Source of the DNA: Botryllus schlosseri
Lineage: Eukaryota
Assembly: GCA_051294905.1 (NCBI GenBank)
Contig: CM119371.1
Coordinates: 33,482,001 to 33,546,000 of the forward strand
DNA length: 64,000 bases
Direction of reading: 5' to 3'
Positions within the stretch are counted from its first letter, which is position 1, and each line of letters opens with the position of its first letter. The notes under the pieces were generated by a model, which saw only the letters and a program-made list of their open reading frames with translations, searched no databases and was not told the DNA's origin. The translations under genes were made by a program, and so were the position numbers. Shown in pieces: positions 13,109 through 25,600 of this stretch.

Positions 13109-13798
13109 ATGAATCCAGAGAATGAGGCAGGTTTAGATACACCAGCGGAGAACGCAGTGGCTATCAAGCTTCCTGCCTTTTAAGCCGCTCAGCCGCGCAC
13201 CTGGTTTTGCCAGGCCGAGGCCCAATTCCAGATTCGACGAATCACAACAGACAGCACAAAGTTCTACTACGTGGTCTCAGCATTAGACCAGGAAACAGCA
13301 AGTCGACTCGTCGATATTTTAGAGCAGCCTCCACAGGAGAACAAATACACAGCAATATAACAACGCCTTCTTGACACTTTCGACATTCCACGACAAGAGC
13401 GCGCAGCGAGACTAATTAGCATCCCGCGTTCGAGCAATCGTAAGCCTTCCACACTCATGGACGAGATGCTCTCTTTACTGGGTGATCATCAACCGTGTTT
13501 ACTATTCGAACACCTTTTCTTGCAGCATATGCACGAGGATATTCGCCTCGCACTCGTCGAGCAAGATATCACAAATCCTAGGGAGTTGGCCAAGCGAGCC
13601 GACTTGCTATGGCACGCACGTAGCACACACGCGGAATATGCGATTGACATATCAAAAAAGCGCCCAAAACAAGTTGATACCGATAGCAGCAGTACTTATG
13701 CGGACATGTGCTACTATCACAAGACTTTCGGCGACAAAGCACGCAAATGCTCTCCTCCTTGTTCCCATCAGGGAAACACCATGGCCGGTTGCCCTTGA
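13109..13798 (+). pseudogene. Gypsy gag with two in-frame stops (13181, 13358)
   Basis: Reads KLPAF*...TWFCQAEAQF...KFYYVVSALD, with the C-terminal knuckle [18 protein letters not shown]. Confidence 0.9.
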
Positions 13799-16700
13799 TG
13801 GCTGGAGCAACCGGTCAACATTCTAGCCCTTTTTTAGTGCACGATCTCGTCTCCCGGAAAAATTTCCTCATAGACACCGGCGCGGAAGTTAGTGCACTAC
13901 CGCCTACAAACTACGAACGCCAATTCAACGAGAAACGCGCTCCGTTGCAAGCAGCTAACGGCAGCATAATAACCACATACGTGACGCTCAACATCCCCGC
14001 GGGGACATTCACATGGAAGTTTATCCTGGCCGACGTCTCTGGACCACTCATCGGAGCCGACTTCCTGCGCGCCCATCATTTGCTGATCGACATGCACAAG
14101 CAGCTTCTTATCAACCCAAATCAGCGAAAAACCTACCCAGTAAGCAGGTACGCTCAGCCTGCACCACAGCTGAACACGATAGCTTCTCCGTATGACAAGC
14201 TCCTTGCCACGCATCCCCAACTGTCGGTACCCAAGTTCTCTTCGTCGTCAACGAGACATGGAGTAGAACACCACATAGTGACTTCAGGACAGCCAGTACA
14301 CGCACAGGCAAGACGTCTTCCACCAGACAGATTAGCTATTGCCAAAGCGGAGTTTCAACGAATGATGAGTTTGGGAATTGTCCGGAGATCATCCAGTCCT
14401 TGGTCGTCACCTTTACACATGGTTCCGAAATCATCCGGGGGCTGGCGACCCTGCGGGGACTATCGGCGTCTAAACGCTGCAACAACGCCAGAACGTTACT
14501 CCATTCCGCATATCCACGACTTCCCCGCTAAGCTAGCGGGGATTCGCATATTTTCGAAAGTTGACCTCGTCAGAGGATACCACCAAGTCCCGGTAGCACC
14601 CGCCGACATTCCCAAAACCGCGGTTATCACACCTTTTGGACTATTCGAGTTCCTTCGCATGCCATTTGGTCTAAAGAACGCTGCCCAGACGTTTCAACGA
14701 CTAATGGACACCGTCTGTCCAGATTTGCCATTCGTGTACGTTTATCTTGATGACATTTTGGTGGGTAGCCCGAACTTCGAGACGCATCTCGAGCATCTTC
14801 GCACTCTCTTTCAGAGACTGTGCGATCACGGCTTAGTGATCAACAAAGAGAAGTGCCAATTTGGGAAGGACAAGCTTGAGTTCTTGGGTCACATCGTGGA
14901 CCACCGAGGAATCGAACCCTTGCCCACCAAAGTAGACGCAATCACGCAATTTCCGCCGCCCAAAACCCTCAAGGCTCTTCAAGAATTTAACGGGATGATT
15001 AATTTCTATCACAGATTCATCCCTGCAATTGCCGACATCATGAGACCCCTTTATCGTGCGCTGGCCTGGCCGGCAAGCCACGAAACTTGGTCTGGGGCCC
15101 CGAGATAGACAAAGCTTTCAATGCAGCGAAGGAAGCGTTAGCCAACGCAACAATGTTGCACCATCCAAGATGCGCTGCTAACACCGCCCTCACTGTCGAT
15201 GCTTCACAAACGGCAGTTGGGGGAGTCCTTGAACAACTGGTCGACGGGGAATGGTGTCCCCTTGCTTTTTCCAGTCGGCAGCTTCGTAAGCCGGAGACAA
15301 AATACAGCGCTTTCGACCGAGAACTTTTGGCGCTACATTTGTGCATCAGGCATTTCCTATATTTCCTAGAGGGACGCGCTTTCACAGCTTTTACCGACCA
15401 CAAGCCACTCACCTACGCATTCACAAAACCTTCGGAGCCTTGGTCAGCACGACAACAGCGGCACTTTTGCGCGATTTCCGAATATACCACTGATGTCAAG
15501 CATATGAAAGGAAAAATAAACACGGTCGCGGACGCACTTTCGAGACCAACGATTGCTACTACCGGCCAACCGCCGACGCTTTTGAACCTAAACCTCGAAA
15601 ACTTAGCTAAAGCCCAAGAAACCGACGAGGTACGGGCTTATCGCACTGCGGTTACAAACCTACAGCTCAGAGACATTCCTATCGGAAACTCGGCAGTCAC
15701 GCTGCTATGCGATATCTCATGCGGACAACCTCGTCCCGTGGTTCCCAAACCTTGGAGAAGGAAAGTTTTCGAAACAATCCACGGTTTGTCACATCCGTCC
15801 ATTCGCATAACGAAAAAACTCGTGAGCTCGAAATTCGTTTGGCACGGTATGCAGAAAGAAGTGGGGTTGTGGGCCAAGCAATGCCTGGCGTGCCAGCGTT
15901 CAAAAATACATCAGCATGTTTCTTCGCCGGTTCAAGATTACCCTTCGCCGGTTCAAGATTACCCAACACCCTCAGCCCGCTTCAGCCATATAAACATTGA
16001 TCTGGTAGGCCCTTTGCCTCAATGCCAAGGCAAAACCTATTTACTTACAATAGTCGACCGATACACTCGTTGGCCAGAAGCGATCCCAATTGAAAACTCC
16101 ACAACCATCACGTGCGCCAAGGCGTTCATATTCCATTGGATTTCTAGGTTTGGTGTCTTCCGATCGTGGGCCCCAATTTACATCGGAATTGTGGTCAGCA
16201 ATCAATCAACTTTTGGGTATCGAACTTCACCGCACTACATCTTTCCATCCACAAGCAAACGGTTTGGTGGAACGGTTTCATCGACATCTGAAAAGTGCGT
16301 TAATGGCTCGTTTGACCGATGCAAACTGGGTCGACCACCTTCCGTGGGTTCTGCTCGGGAACCGCGCCCAACGAAGATCTAAAGACTACATCAGCCGAAC
16401 TAGTTTACGGAACTACACTCAACGTACCTGGCCAGTTTATCTCCCCGGAAGCCACACAAGAAGCAGAAAAGTTTATGCCGTCACTGCGAGAAACGCTTCG
16501 CAAGTTACTGCCTACGTCAATGTCCAGGCACGGCAATACACGAGTATTAATTCCAAATTGTTTGACAGATTGCAGTTACGTGTTCGTGCGGCGTGATACA
16601 CACAGACCTCCACTGACGAAACCGTACGACGGTCCCTTCAAGGTCCTCGAAAGGACCACAAAGACATTCAAGCTTCAAGTTAGGGGAAGGGAAGAGACGA

Positions 16701-16822
16701 TTTCTATCGACCGTTTGAAACCGGCGCACGTGGACCTCTGCATGCCAGTTCCGGTAGCTCAACCGAAGCCACGAGGAAGACCACGACGTCACACTCGGCC
16801 TCCGCAACGTTACCAGGCCTGA
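13771..16822 (+). pseudogene. Gypsy pol (protease, RT, RNase H, integrase) with frameshifts near 15087, 16160 and 16365
   Basis: Motifs [36 protein letters not shown] zinc finger, DLVGPL, SDRGPQF, QANGLVER and PYDGPF. Confidence 0.95.
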
Positions 16823-17599
16823 ACTGCCCGCTTCTGGAGGGGGCTATGTGGCGACACCATGCGGCACCACCACTGCGGTCATCGAAGCGTACAGTGCTTT
16901 CGTGTATTTTCATGTCGCTTTATATATAAAGCCGTTGATTGTGCTTTTGTTCAGTTCGCTCAAGTGCTGCTTACAATAAACTTGTTGCCCGCTTAAAGCA
17001 ACTCTTTACGGCCATAGGTATTACGATATTGACTCACTAACTTACCGAGTAACTCATCATGATCATTCTTGACCTTAAGTCTAAACGAAAACTAGAGCAA
17101 TGGACTCATCAACAACTCTATTTTAACCAAAGTAATTCATGCATTGTCGCGTTGAAAATACTTGAGTTCTTTTATCAATCATGTTATAGTGTAGTTGCAG
17201 AATACGTACTATAGTCAAATTGAGATAACTCGAACATGGTTTATAAAAAAGAACTCAAGTATTTTCAACGCGACAATGCATGAATTACTTTGGTTATAAT
17301 CGAGTTTTTCATGAGCCCATTGTTCGAGTTTTTGTTGAGACTTGATTTCAAGAATGATCATGATGAGTTATTTCCGTAAGTTAGTGAGTCAATATCGTAA
17401 TACCTATGACCGTAAAGAGTTGCTGGCATTATGATGTCTTTTACACTGTAATATGCGGATTCACTTGTAATAAATTAATCCTCAGCCAATAATTAACTGG
17501 GTATTCAAATCTCATATACTCAAAACATAATACGTTTATGTCGAGTCGCGTATATCCAGTAGTAATTACTTTGTCTTACAGAATATACCGAATTAAATA

Positions 17600-17843
17600 G
17601 TATATTCATATTGAAATGAACCCGAATATTTTCGGCTGACACTCGTCAGCAACTAGTAGAGAATTGGAAAGAACATTGCATATCAACAATCGTATCACAA
17701 AATATGACGTCACCAGCATGAAAGAGAGAGCGTTCAATGTACTATTTTTAGGTGGTACACGAACCCTTTTGTTGACAGAGTTTTGGTTGGTGTATTTTGA
17801 TAAAAGTTGATTCCAAGGCACACAAATGGAATTGTGAACGGCC
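17600..17843 (-). mobile_element. Penelope-like element 3' fragment (second copy)
   Basis: Reverse complement of ~52056-52322. Flanked by a ~30-bp duplication (AGTA.TAATTACTTTGTCTTAC.GAATA). Confidence 0.8.
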
Positions 17844-18349
17844 GAGTAATAATTACTTTGTCTTACGGAATAAAACGAGTAGTAATTACTTTGCTTTTCA
17901 GAATAGTAACGACTTTTACAGTTGAATAAAAAATAAAAAATATCGGTCATATGAATACGATCAAGGTGAATTATTCAAGTTTACAAGTTGTAGTGATATA
18001 ATCAGGTAAGTGAAATCCGATTTATTACTTGTGAATGTTTTTTTTGTGATTGAATCTTTTGAGTATGGTAAGGTGTTTGTTTCAAATCAATGTGTGAATA
18101 ATCCGACAAACACGCGATCAACATTCTCAATATTGTTGATATAAGACATTACCATGTTTACAGACTTTGAATAATATTATATTGATGTCAAGTTACAAAT
18201 TAACGCGCTCAGATACGATTCAATTTGAATTGTGTAGTGAGTTTCATCTCAAGTTAATAAATTAACACCTTGATTGAGTATTCCCATGATTCTTATCACA
18301 CAGATAATGTCAACCACTATTCCAAAGGTGTGAAAACACTGACAGCGAT

Positions 18350-18570
18350 CGCCGGAAAGTGTCAAATTGTTGGTTTTCCAATCACTGTCTGCGACGTTTC
18401 TGTTATTCATTACTTATTACTCAATAGTTATTATTCTTATTATATCTCACCCGTGAAATCCAGTTTCGCTACAAACTAATTACCAAAATATTACCTTGTG
18501 AGCGATCGGCCTGTCTGTAACACCAAGTCATGAGAGATGGCTATGTCTGAGACGTTATCTTGTCAGCGAC
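18350..18570 (+). repeat. Diverged copy of window positions ~15-207 (Polinton-associated non-coding sequence)
   Basis: Colinear matches including TATTC.TTACTTATT, TGAGCGATCG, CCAAGTC, GAGAC.TTAT.TTGTCAGCGA. Confidence 0.65.
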
Positions 18571-18574
18571 CGCC

Positions 18575-18995
18575 AAGAAATAACTCGGAAGTCACTGCCG
18601 CCGCAAAACGCTGTTTTTATCAAGTAGCGGGTATTCCTGGCGTAATCGGCTGCGTCGATGGATCTCATATCCCCATAAGTGCTCCGCATGATGATGAGGT
18701 TGCTTAAGTCAATAGAAAAAGAGTTCACTCTATTAATATCCAGGGAATCTGTGATGCAAACCTTTTATTTACCGATGTTGTGGCAAAATGGCCTGGATCA
18801 AATCATGACTCTTTCATACTTCAAAATTCAAGGATTTTTGACGATTTCGAAAGAGGCAAATTCGGAGATTCTTGGCTTCTAGGGGATAGTGGTTACTCGT
18901 TAAAGAACTGGCTGATGAATCCTATAATCGGCGAAAACACGGCAGCAGAGAAAAAATACAATAGGTTACACCGCAAAACATGTTGCTTGATGACG
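18575..18995 (+). pseudogene. PIF/Harbinger DDE transposase fragment
   Basis: Reads GIPGVIGCVDGSHIPI, HSINIQGICDA, KWPGSNHDSFIL, WLLGDSGY, EKKYNRLH; frameshifted. Confidence 0.9.
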
Positions 18996-19391
18996 TGATG
19001 TGCCATGGTAGAGTTGCTTTGGACTGAGTCATATTCATGCTACTACATTACTTCCCTCTGCTTATACTATAAATTATGATATCTATTTTATTTCCCTATT
19101 AGGGCTTTACCTTCATTTATACTTTATCTTCGCATAAGGACTCCTAATCTAAAATATTCCCAGATTTTATGTTACATGATATCCACCCAAAACGTCCAAT
19201 CTTTGAATTCTTGTCGGTAGGGTCAAGCCCGCCTATGACATAGTACTGAGGAAGATCCCATCGTAAAACACCAGAATGTCTTGTTAACCAAATTGTTGCG
19301 CAACATATATACTACATTCTCTTTAAACCCCGACAAGGAATCTGATGGATCCATTCGTCGAAGCCCTAGACTGCGCCCTTGCGGGCGCAGT
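18992..19391 (+). repeat. Dispersed non-coding repeat with a 3' GC hairpin (Helitron/Helentron-like); second copy ~38026-38450
   Basis: ~400 bp are shared. Hairpins are CTGCGCCC-TTGC-GGGCGCAG and CTACGCCC-TTAC-GGGCGTAG. The class assignment is inference. Confidence 0.55.
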
Positions 19392-19439
19392 GTTTCAAGC
19401 TTTTTTGGAACTACTGTAAAAACTTTGATATATATTGAC

Positions 19440-20331
19440 TCTCAATCGAAATTATAATAAACAGGCTGTTGTAATTCTTCCCTGGCTGCTACGTCCTGAG
19501 ATGTTTGAGGGTTCATGCTACGCGCTATGATCTCGTTGTGTCTTTTGAACCCGAGTAGGAAATTTGACAGAATCGTATTAGTTGCACGGAGTTCCTCGTG
19601 GATTTTCTTTATACCATCTTTACGTACAACTATTCAAATTTACTTGAGGAGCCGGTGTTTCAGCAGCTGATGCCAAGTATTCCACATCACAGTTTTGTGT
19701 ATTCGGGATACCTTCTGTGTAAATAGCTCCAATGAAGTTTGCGATTCTGAAATGCAATTCTGAAGGGACGCTTGCTCATTTTCACCACCCCCAGTCTTAA
19801 CTAGTTCTCTTTTGTACTCCGCCGCCGTAGTTCTCTTTTGTACTCCGCCGCCGATTTTGTTGCCAGAGACTTCAAATCGAACCACTTTTTTTTTTACTTT
19901 TTCTGCCTCCAACTTCGATCCATACCCTACGGCGTTCATTGTTACAGTAATTTCCTGCCATCTATCATCAACCATGGCCTTGGTTTTGGAATAGGAGATG
20001 GCTCCAGTAAGAAAGTAGCTCTATTCGCCTTCTCAACGAGCAGATCGACTTCTTCCATACACCAACGCCTCGGCATGTTGCTGACTTTTTACTACGGTAC
20101 CGTAACAGTGTACCAGGTACACTTAACCATGGATTGTCAGGCATGGCATTATGATGTCACTGTTAGGTTTCACACATCCAAATCATCGCGAACAGAAGCC
20201 ACGAGAACGAACAAAACATGTAATAGGTATCCCGAAGATAATTATTCTGTTCGGTTGAGCAAGTCCCGCACACGAACACGATCACGAACGCGATTACGAA
20301 CGCGATCACGAATGAGCATGTAATAGCCCCC
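19440..20331 (-). pseudogene. Harbinger Myb/SANT-like accessory ORF remnant and probable terminus
   Basis: RWQEITVTMNAVG...EKVKKK and YKRELVKTGGG are convergent with the transposase. The end reads GGGGCTATTACATGCTC on the minus strand, with subterminal CACGAACGCGAT repeats. Confidence 0.7.
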
Positions 20332-20654
20332 TGAAGCGGCGAAATCGATGACATTCATCCTCTGAGCAGTTTTTGTTGTCTAGTCTGCTATGTTCGTTTG
20401 CGGGTATATCGTACCAGCTTTGCCACCATACGCAACCTACTCTCGTCGTCGCAATTGTCCAACGCCGCTGCTGAGTTCTCAATAAGTTGTAATAAGCTCA
20501 TTTAGTCACTGCTTGATAATGTCCTGACGAACGTGGCGCACAAGGCCGTAAATGGCGAAAAGCACCAGTCATATTTGTAACAATAACAGGAAGGAATACC
20601 TTGAATGCACCACTGGACTAAAATTACACTTGGGAATCACAGTATATTTTCTGT

Positions 20655-21125
20655 AATTTCGATTCTTCATTTTCAATCATCTCTACCACTGCTCTGTAAC
20701 CTTTGCCAATTCTTCATCTACTGCAGTTCTCTAATCTGACCTCTTCATGGGTGCCTAGGAATAGCAATTTGACTGTATTATTTAAATTTTAAAAATTTAC
20801 TCCAATCACGCCATTTTCCTTTGGGGCAGGTTGCTCCCGGATTATGTGAGTATTTACCAGTTTTACTGTGAATAAAAATATCATAATAAGGATCAATTCG
20901 ATTCTATATTTTCAATCCTCTCTACCCTCTCCTCTCTAACCGTTGCCAATTCTTCATATACCGCAAATCCGTAATCTGACGTTTTCATGTATTGCACAGG
21001 AATACCAATTCGACTGTATTACTGAAATTTTAAAAATTTACTCCAAGCTCGCCATTTTCTTTTGGGGGCAGGATGCTCCCCGGATAATGTGTATACTTAC
21101 CAGTTTGACTGTGAATAAAGAAAAA
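20655..21125. repeat. Diverged tandem dimer of a ~240-bp unit
   Basis: Shared TTGCCAATTCTTCAT, AAATTTTAAAAATTTACTCCAA, GCTCCCCGGAT-like and ACTGTGAATAAA, spaced ~240 bp apart. Confidence 0.85.
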
Positions 21126-21399
21126 TAATAATACAACCAGCTTGGTAGTCCTCCATAGGTTTCGCTTCAACTAGCGTCGACCCCTCGTCATGCGTTGCAA
21201 AGGTGCAAATCGATCTAGCAGCGATATAATGATAGACATAAACACCCCTATTTTATCGTCAAAGTTTTTTTTATGGAGATGGAAGTAAGGGACGATTGTT
21301 GAAATAGATTAAAAGCGGTATTGTCGAGCGCATCTTCATTCATCTACTCGCATTGTCTGATGAGGTTATGAGATGCGCGGGGCATTCTTTGCTGTTCTA

Positions 21400-22060
21400 T
21401 TGATAGGAAACCAATATGGTTATGGTGGCTTATCTTAGACGACATAACAAATGCAGGGAATTACATGTCGTGCAGGTTCGTAAATAAATGATCAATCAAA
21501 GTCCTTGATTTCTGGGCAATTCTAGTTGGCTTACTTATTATTTAGCAAAGACCTACGGATTTTACGGCATTGGAGTATGAATTCCGTTTATTTCTTAAAA
21601 TATCTATATTATTATTTCTTGCAATGAAGCAGATCTTTTTATCGCTGCTGACTTTGTCCATAGATTGCTTCAAGGCTTTTCTGAATTGGGGCATATTATA
21701 CATGGGATGACGATATATTGCAGCGACAACAAAAGATTTGTGAGTTCTAATTTGGTGATCAATTTCCAACCATAGTTCTTCACAATCTTTTACTTTCCGA
21801 TTGCCGTCCGTTCAGCTTTCGTGGGAAATTTCTTTTTCAATTTAAAGTCCAACACATCCATAGGATTTCGTTGATTTCGGTGCCGGAGTATATTGGAAGT
21901 TGTAGACCAGTATATTAACGTTATGAGTGGGTTCATTTGCACAATTTAGTTCCGTGATTACTGTAAAGTCAGGTGAATTCAGAGGTAGGCAAGAAGATTT
22001 GTCAGTTTATCATGATGAGTTCGAGATTGCAACCCACGGATATTTTTATGAAGCAGACTA
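21400..22060 (-). pseudogene. LINE (CR1/L2-like) AP-endonuclease fragment
   Basis: Motifs ITE, LWLEI...VVAAIYRHP and PTRIAQKSRTLIDHLFTN across broken frames. Confidence 0.8.
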
Positions 22061-22292
22061 ATTTGTTTTCTATTTTGTGGCGAGAGGAAGTGATGTCCTC
22101 CAATTGGTCGAGTTCAAGTTACACTTTTTGATCAGTGGAATACTATTTTTATTCGTCATGATTTCAAGTTGATTTAAATATTCATGACAGTGAATCGAGA
22201 TAATTGTATGTTCGCGCTGTTCGCTCCGAATCACGCAATACTGGCTTGTTCCAAGTATACCCGAGTAGAGCGCTACAATAGAGAGTATACGG

Positions 22293-22673
22293 TGGTGCGG
22301 AGCGGATTGGCCAATTCTCTGGCCCGGCTCCGATACGGTTTTCCAATGCTCTGGTCCGGCTCCGATCCGGCTCCGGTCAAATATGAAAAAGTCCTGCCCA
22401 AAATCCGCCCCAACACGGTACGATGGTTCCGTGAATTTAAAAATATGGATTGTTTCTTTTCGCACTGGCTTGGCGGTTACTTGCGTGTTGTTGGTTGGTA
22501 GTTATTTAGTTTCAAACGTCATGCTTATCCATAAGTATTCTGGCATTTACAAAAAAGTACTGATCCGGCTCCGGCCGTATCAGAAAATTACTGATCCGTC
22601 TCCGATCCGGTCCGTCCAAAATTGAAAAGATCCGGCCGGATATCCAATCCGGCTCCGGTCCATGCTCGCACTA
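22293..22673. mobile_element. Non-autonomous hAT-like element rich in CCGGCTCCGATCCGG; relatives at ~8335-8750 and ~42459-44002
   Basis: Termini TGGTGCG...CGCACTA; TSD GTATACGG/GTATATGG. Confidence 0.75.
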
Positions 22674-25600
22674 GTATATGGCAGCAAGTATCAATAAATA
22701 TTAGCACCAAACCTTTGAGATGATTAATGTCCAGCAAGCTTGATATTTATTGTAAAATGATATTTATTGTCGATCGGTTGGCGAAGTTAGGTCCAAACGC
22801 GGAAAAGTTATTTGTAACAACAAAACTTTGTTAATGTCGACTTGGTCAAACTGTGCTATCAACAACATCCATTGTAATAGAAGGCAGCGTACCTTCCTCT
22901 TTCGAGTCATCAATTCTCTGTAATATTACATTTCTAAAGCTCAGCGTGTAACAGGACATGACAATTCATATGTAGGCCTACCGCTAGACCAAGCCGACGT
23001 CTTTATTGATCATACTAAAATACTAGGGTTGAACGAGAGCGAAGGACCTTTGCTCTATTCTACGAGACGGATCTTCGGGAGGAGGGGAGCTAGATCTGGT
23101 TAAATGAATGTTCAGCCAGACCCTCTCGGGGAACGGGTTTTTGCGATTCATGAACTTTTTATTGGCATAAAGAGTAAAAAAGGGTAGATTCGATAAATAT
23201 AATTTTGTTTTCATTTATTACATGGTCAAAATGCCAGAAAATAATTATGGTAAAATGTCAGATGGTGGATGCTTCTGCTGCCAAGTATTTGTATAAGCGC
23301 GTATCACATTTAGGCAAGGATATGACAGGACACCTCTTCTATAATCCATACATTTGCCAATCACAGTAATGTAATGAGTCTCATGTAATCCATCTTGAAA
23401 CAATGTTACGTGGATGTGGCTGTATGCTTTTGGTGAAGAAAAAGAAGTCCCAGTTGAAACTATTGTCAAAAGTTGCTTGAAGCTACCCAGGCCCAGAAGA
23501 AAAACACAGCTTCATGTAGCCACACTTTTCTAAACTATCATCTCGTCGGTAATGATAACGGCGAGATGTCAGTTTAGAGATCGTAGTTGTACAGATGTAT
23601 ATTCAGCCCACTTCAACCCGAGGTAACTGTTTCCTTCAGAAACAACACAAACAAGAAACAAGCGAAGGGTAAACGAAACGTAACCCGGGGCATATTATTG
23701 ATCATGATGTGAGGCAGTATTCTATAAGGGTAACGAAACCCGGGGCATATTATTGACCATGATGTAAGGCAGTATTCTACAAGGGTACCAGCAAGTCGAC
23801 GAAGGTCCATGAATGTTTTCTTAGAATGTGATAGATCCACTACTTGCCGAAAGGCCGATACCATAAAAATTTGCAAATTGAGGATTAGTCGCAAGATTGC
23901 ATTATGCCGATCGTTCTTTTTTCCTCCAGCGCCCTTTCAAAAATTATCGTGCTCTAGCGCCCCCCACGCCATATTGTAAGGACTGTAATAAAGACAATGG
24001 GTAAGAGGGAAGGCGTACCAGGTCAGTCCCCCTAAAACAGCGATTGTCTTGGGTACCCATGACGTCATAAACCAAACTTCTTGGGGCTTCGCCCCAAAGA
24101 ACACCTTAGCGTGATTTCGATAGTCAGCAAAGTTTGTGTGGCCTGGTCGCCCTAGGCGCCAACAATTCGTGTAATGCATGAATGAGTATAGGTGGTAATT
24201 ACATATAGATATCGCTATACACTTTTTATCCTCTCAGCCCACGTAATCAGATTTACCAGTAGCGCTGAGTGAGCTGTTGTCCTGGAAAATTAAGGCCAGG
24301 TTAATAATAATTAAACATATTCGGGCGTGCCCGTTGGTACGACTTACTTCATTACATCTTGCTATTTTGTTACCTGCTCTTGTCCGCTATATAGCTACAA
24401 GATATTGAAACGCATAAACGTATTAAACTAAAGTAAGCACACGGTTCAAAATTGGTATTTCTTCACTGGCGAATAATTGTTCTTGTCCTGTGGGGTGCAG
24501 ACTGCAGATTGAGAAGACATGATATTTCGGCACGAGCGATTCAAGCACATATGGACAATTAGACTTATATACATCGATGCTTACGGTCAACATAAAGGCC
24601 AATCTTCTTCGACCAAGTTTTTCACGTTGACGATTCTTTTGGTACACTTCTCGGAGTCCCATATTGGCCGGAACTTCATAGGTCTTCGTGCATCGTGGCG
24701 TGGTAATGGCCGACGCTGAAATGCCTATTTCTATTTTCTATAATTATCAGTATTTTTCGTGGGGGAGTCGTTAAATCATGATGTGTAATTTTTGTTCCTT
24801 CACCAAACTAATTCAGGACACCCTTCGAGCTCACCCATTATAGGTTTCGGTTGCAGCAATTTTGTTTCTGATAAGAGGTGAAAGTTCAGTCGGTCTTTTT
24901 GGGACTTTAGTATTAGAAATATTTCGCGATTTAATCGCGCTCGAGGACCACTCGACTATAATAAACCATATGATAATTGTATGTGGTATATTCAGGGTCA
25001 TATCAAGGTTGTTATACCAATACAATACGGGGAAATTAATGGTAGGATGGTAGGATTTTGTTTTAGTGCTTTGTGTGACTAAGTAAGTAAACTGCCAATG
25101 GAATGCATTGCACGTTTAATTTAGTACTGAACCCAGTTATCAATTTTAACATGTATGCATCCCGAACAAAGCAACTCATATTATATAACGTTCATGTGAG
25201 TTTGTGGAACACAACACTAGATAGTATCATAATATATGATACGATGAAGAAATAATTTGACGATGTAATTTCGTAGGTCTCAAAAATTTCCACGCGCAGT
25301 TGTCTGTAGGATATAATACCTAGTTCAAAACATTTTGTTGAAAATAACCGTAGCAACCGAAACATTGGTGTTTTAACTGGAAATTGGTGATCGAAAAGTA
25401 CGCGCATTTCATTTTACATGAATTATTATAACCCCCAACATATATGAAAACATATGTAGCAAACTACGCTGCGTAGCGCGACCAAAGATTTCGAGATTTG
25501 ACATGTTTTGTGGAATGTTAATTTGCTCTGAATACTCATTAAGGATATGTCCTTTTTTCATTTTTCTCCAGCTCCTCCCATATCGCCCCCTGAGCCCAGC

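Larger units (their letters stand above)
12912..16996 (+). mobile_element. Full-length Ty3/Gypsy LTR retrotransposon, inactivated
   Basis: 150-bp LTRs (12912-13061, 16847-16996; 3 differences seen), TSD AGCA, PBS TGGTGACCCCG (tRNA-Trp type) at 13063, PPT GGAGGGGG before 16847, domain order PR-RT-RH-IN. Confidence 0.97.
12548..18063. repeat. Long foldback (inverted repeat), centre ~17186-17232; left arm split by the Gypsy element, right arm by a Penelope fragment
   Basis: 12548-12911 joined to 17001-17185 is the reverse complement of 17233-17595 plus ~17875-18063. Confidence 0.9.

Noticed and set aside
13181..13183. TGG-to-TAA change in gag as APOBEC-type hypermutation
   Set aside because: It is a single site, other Trp codons in the element are intact, and no consensus is available for comparison.
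13897..16913. Antisense and alternative-frame ORFs over the Gypsy element
   Set aside because: They are shadow ORFs of pol.
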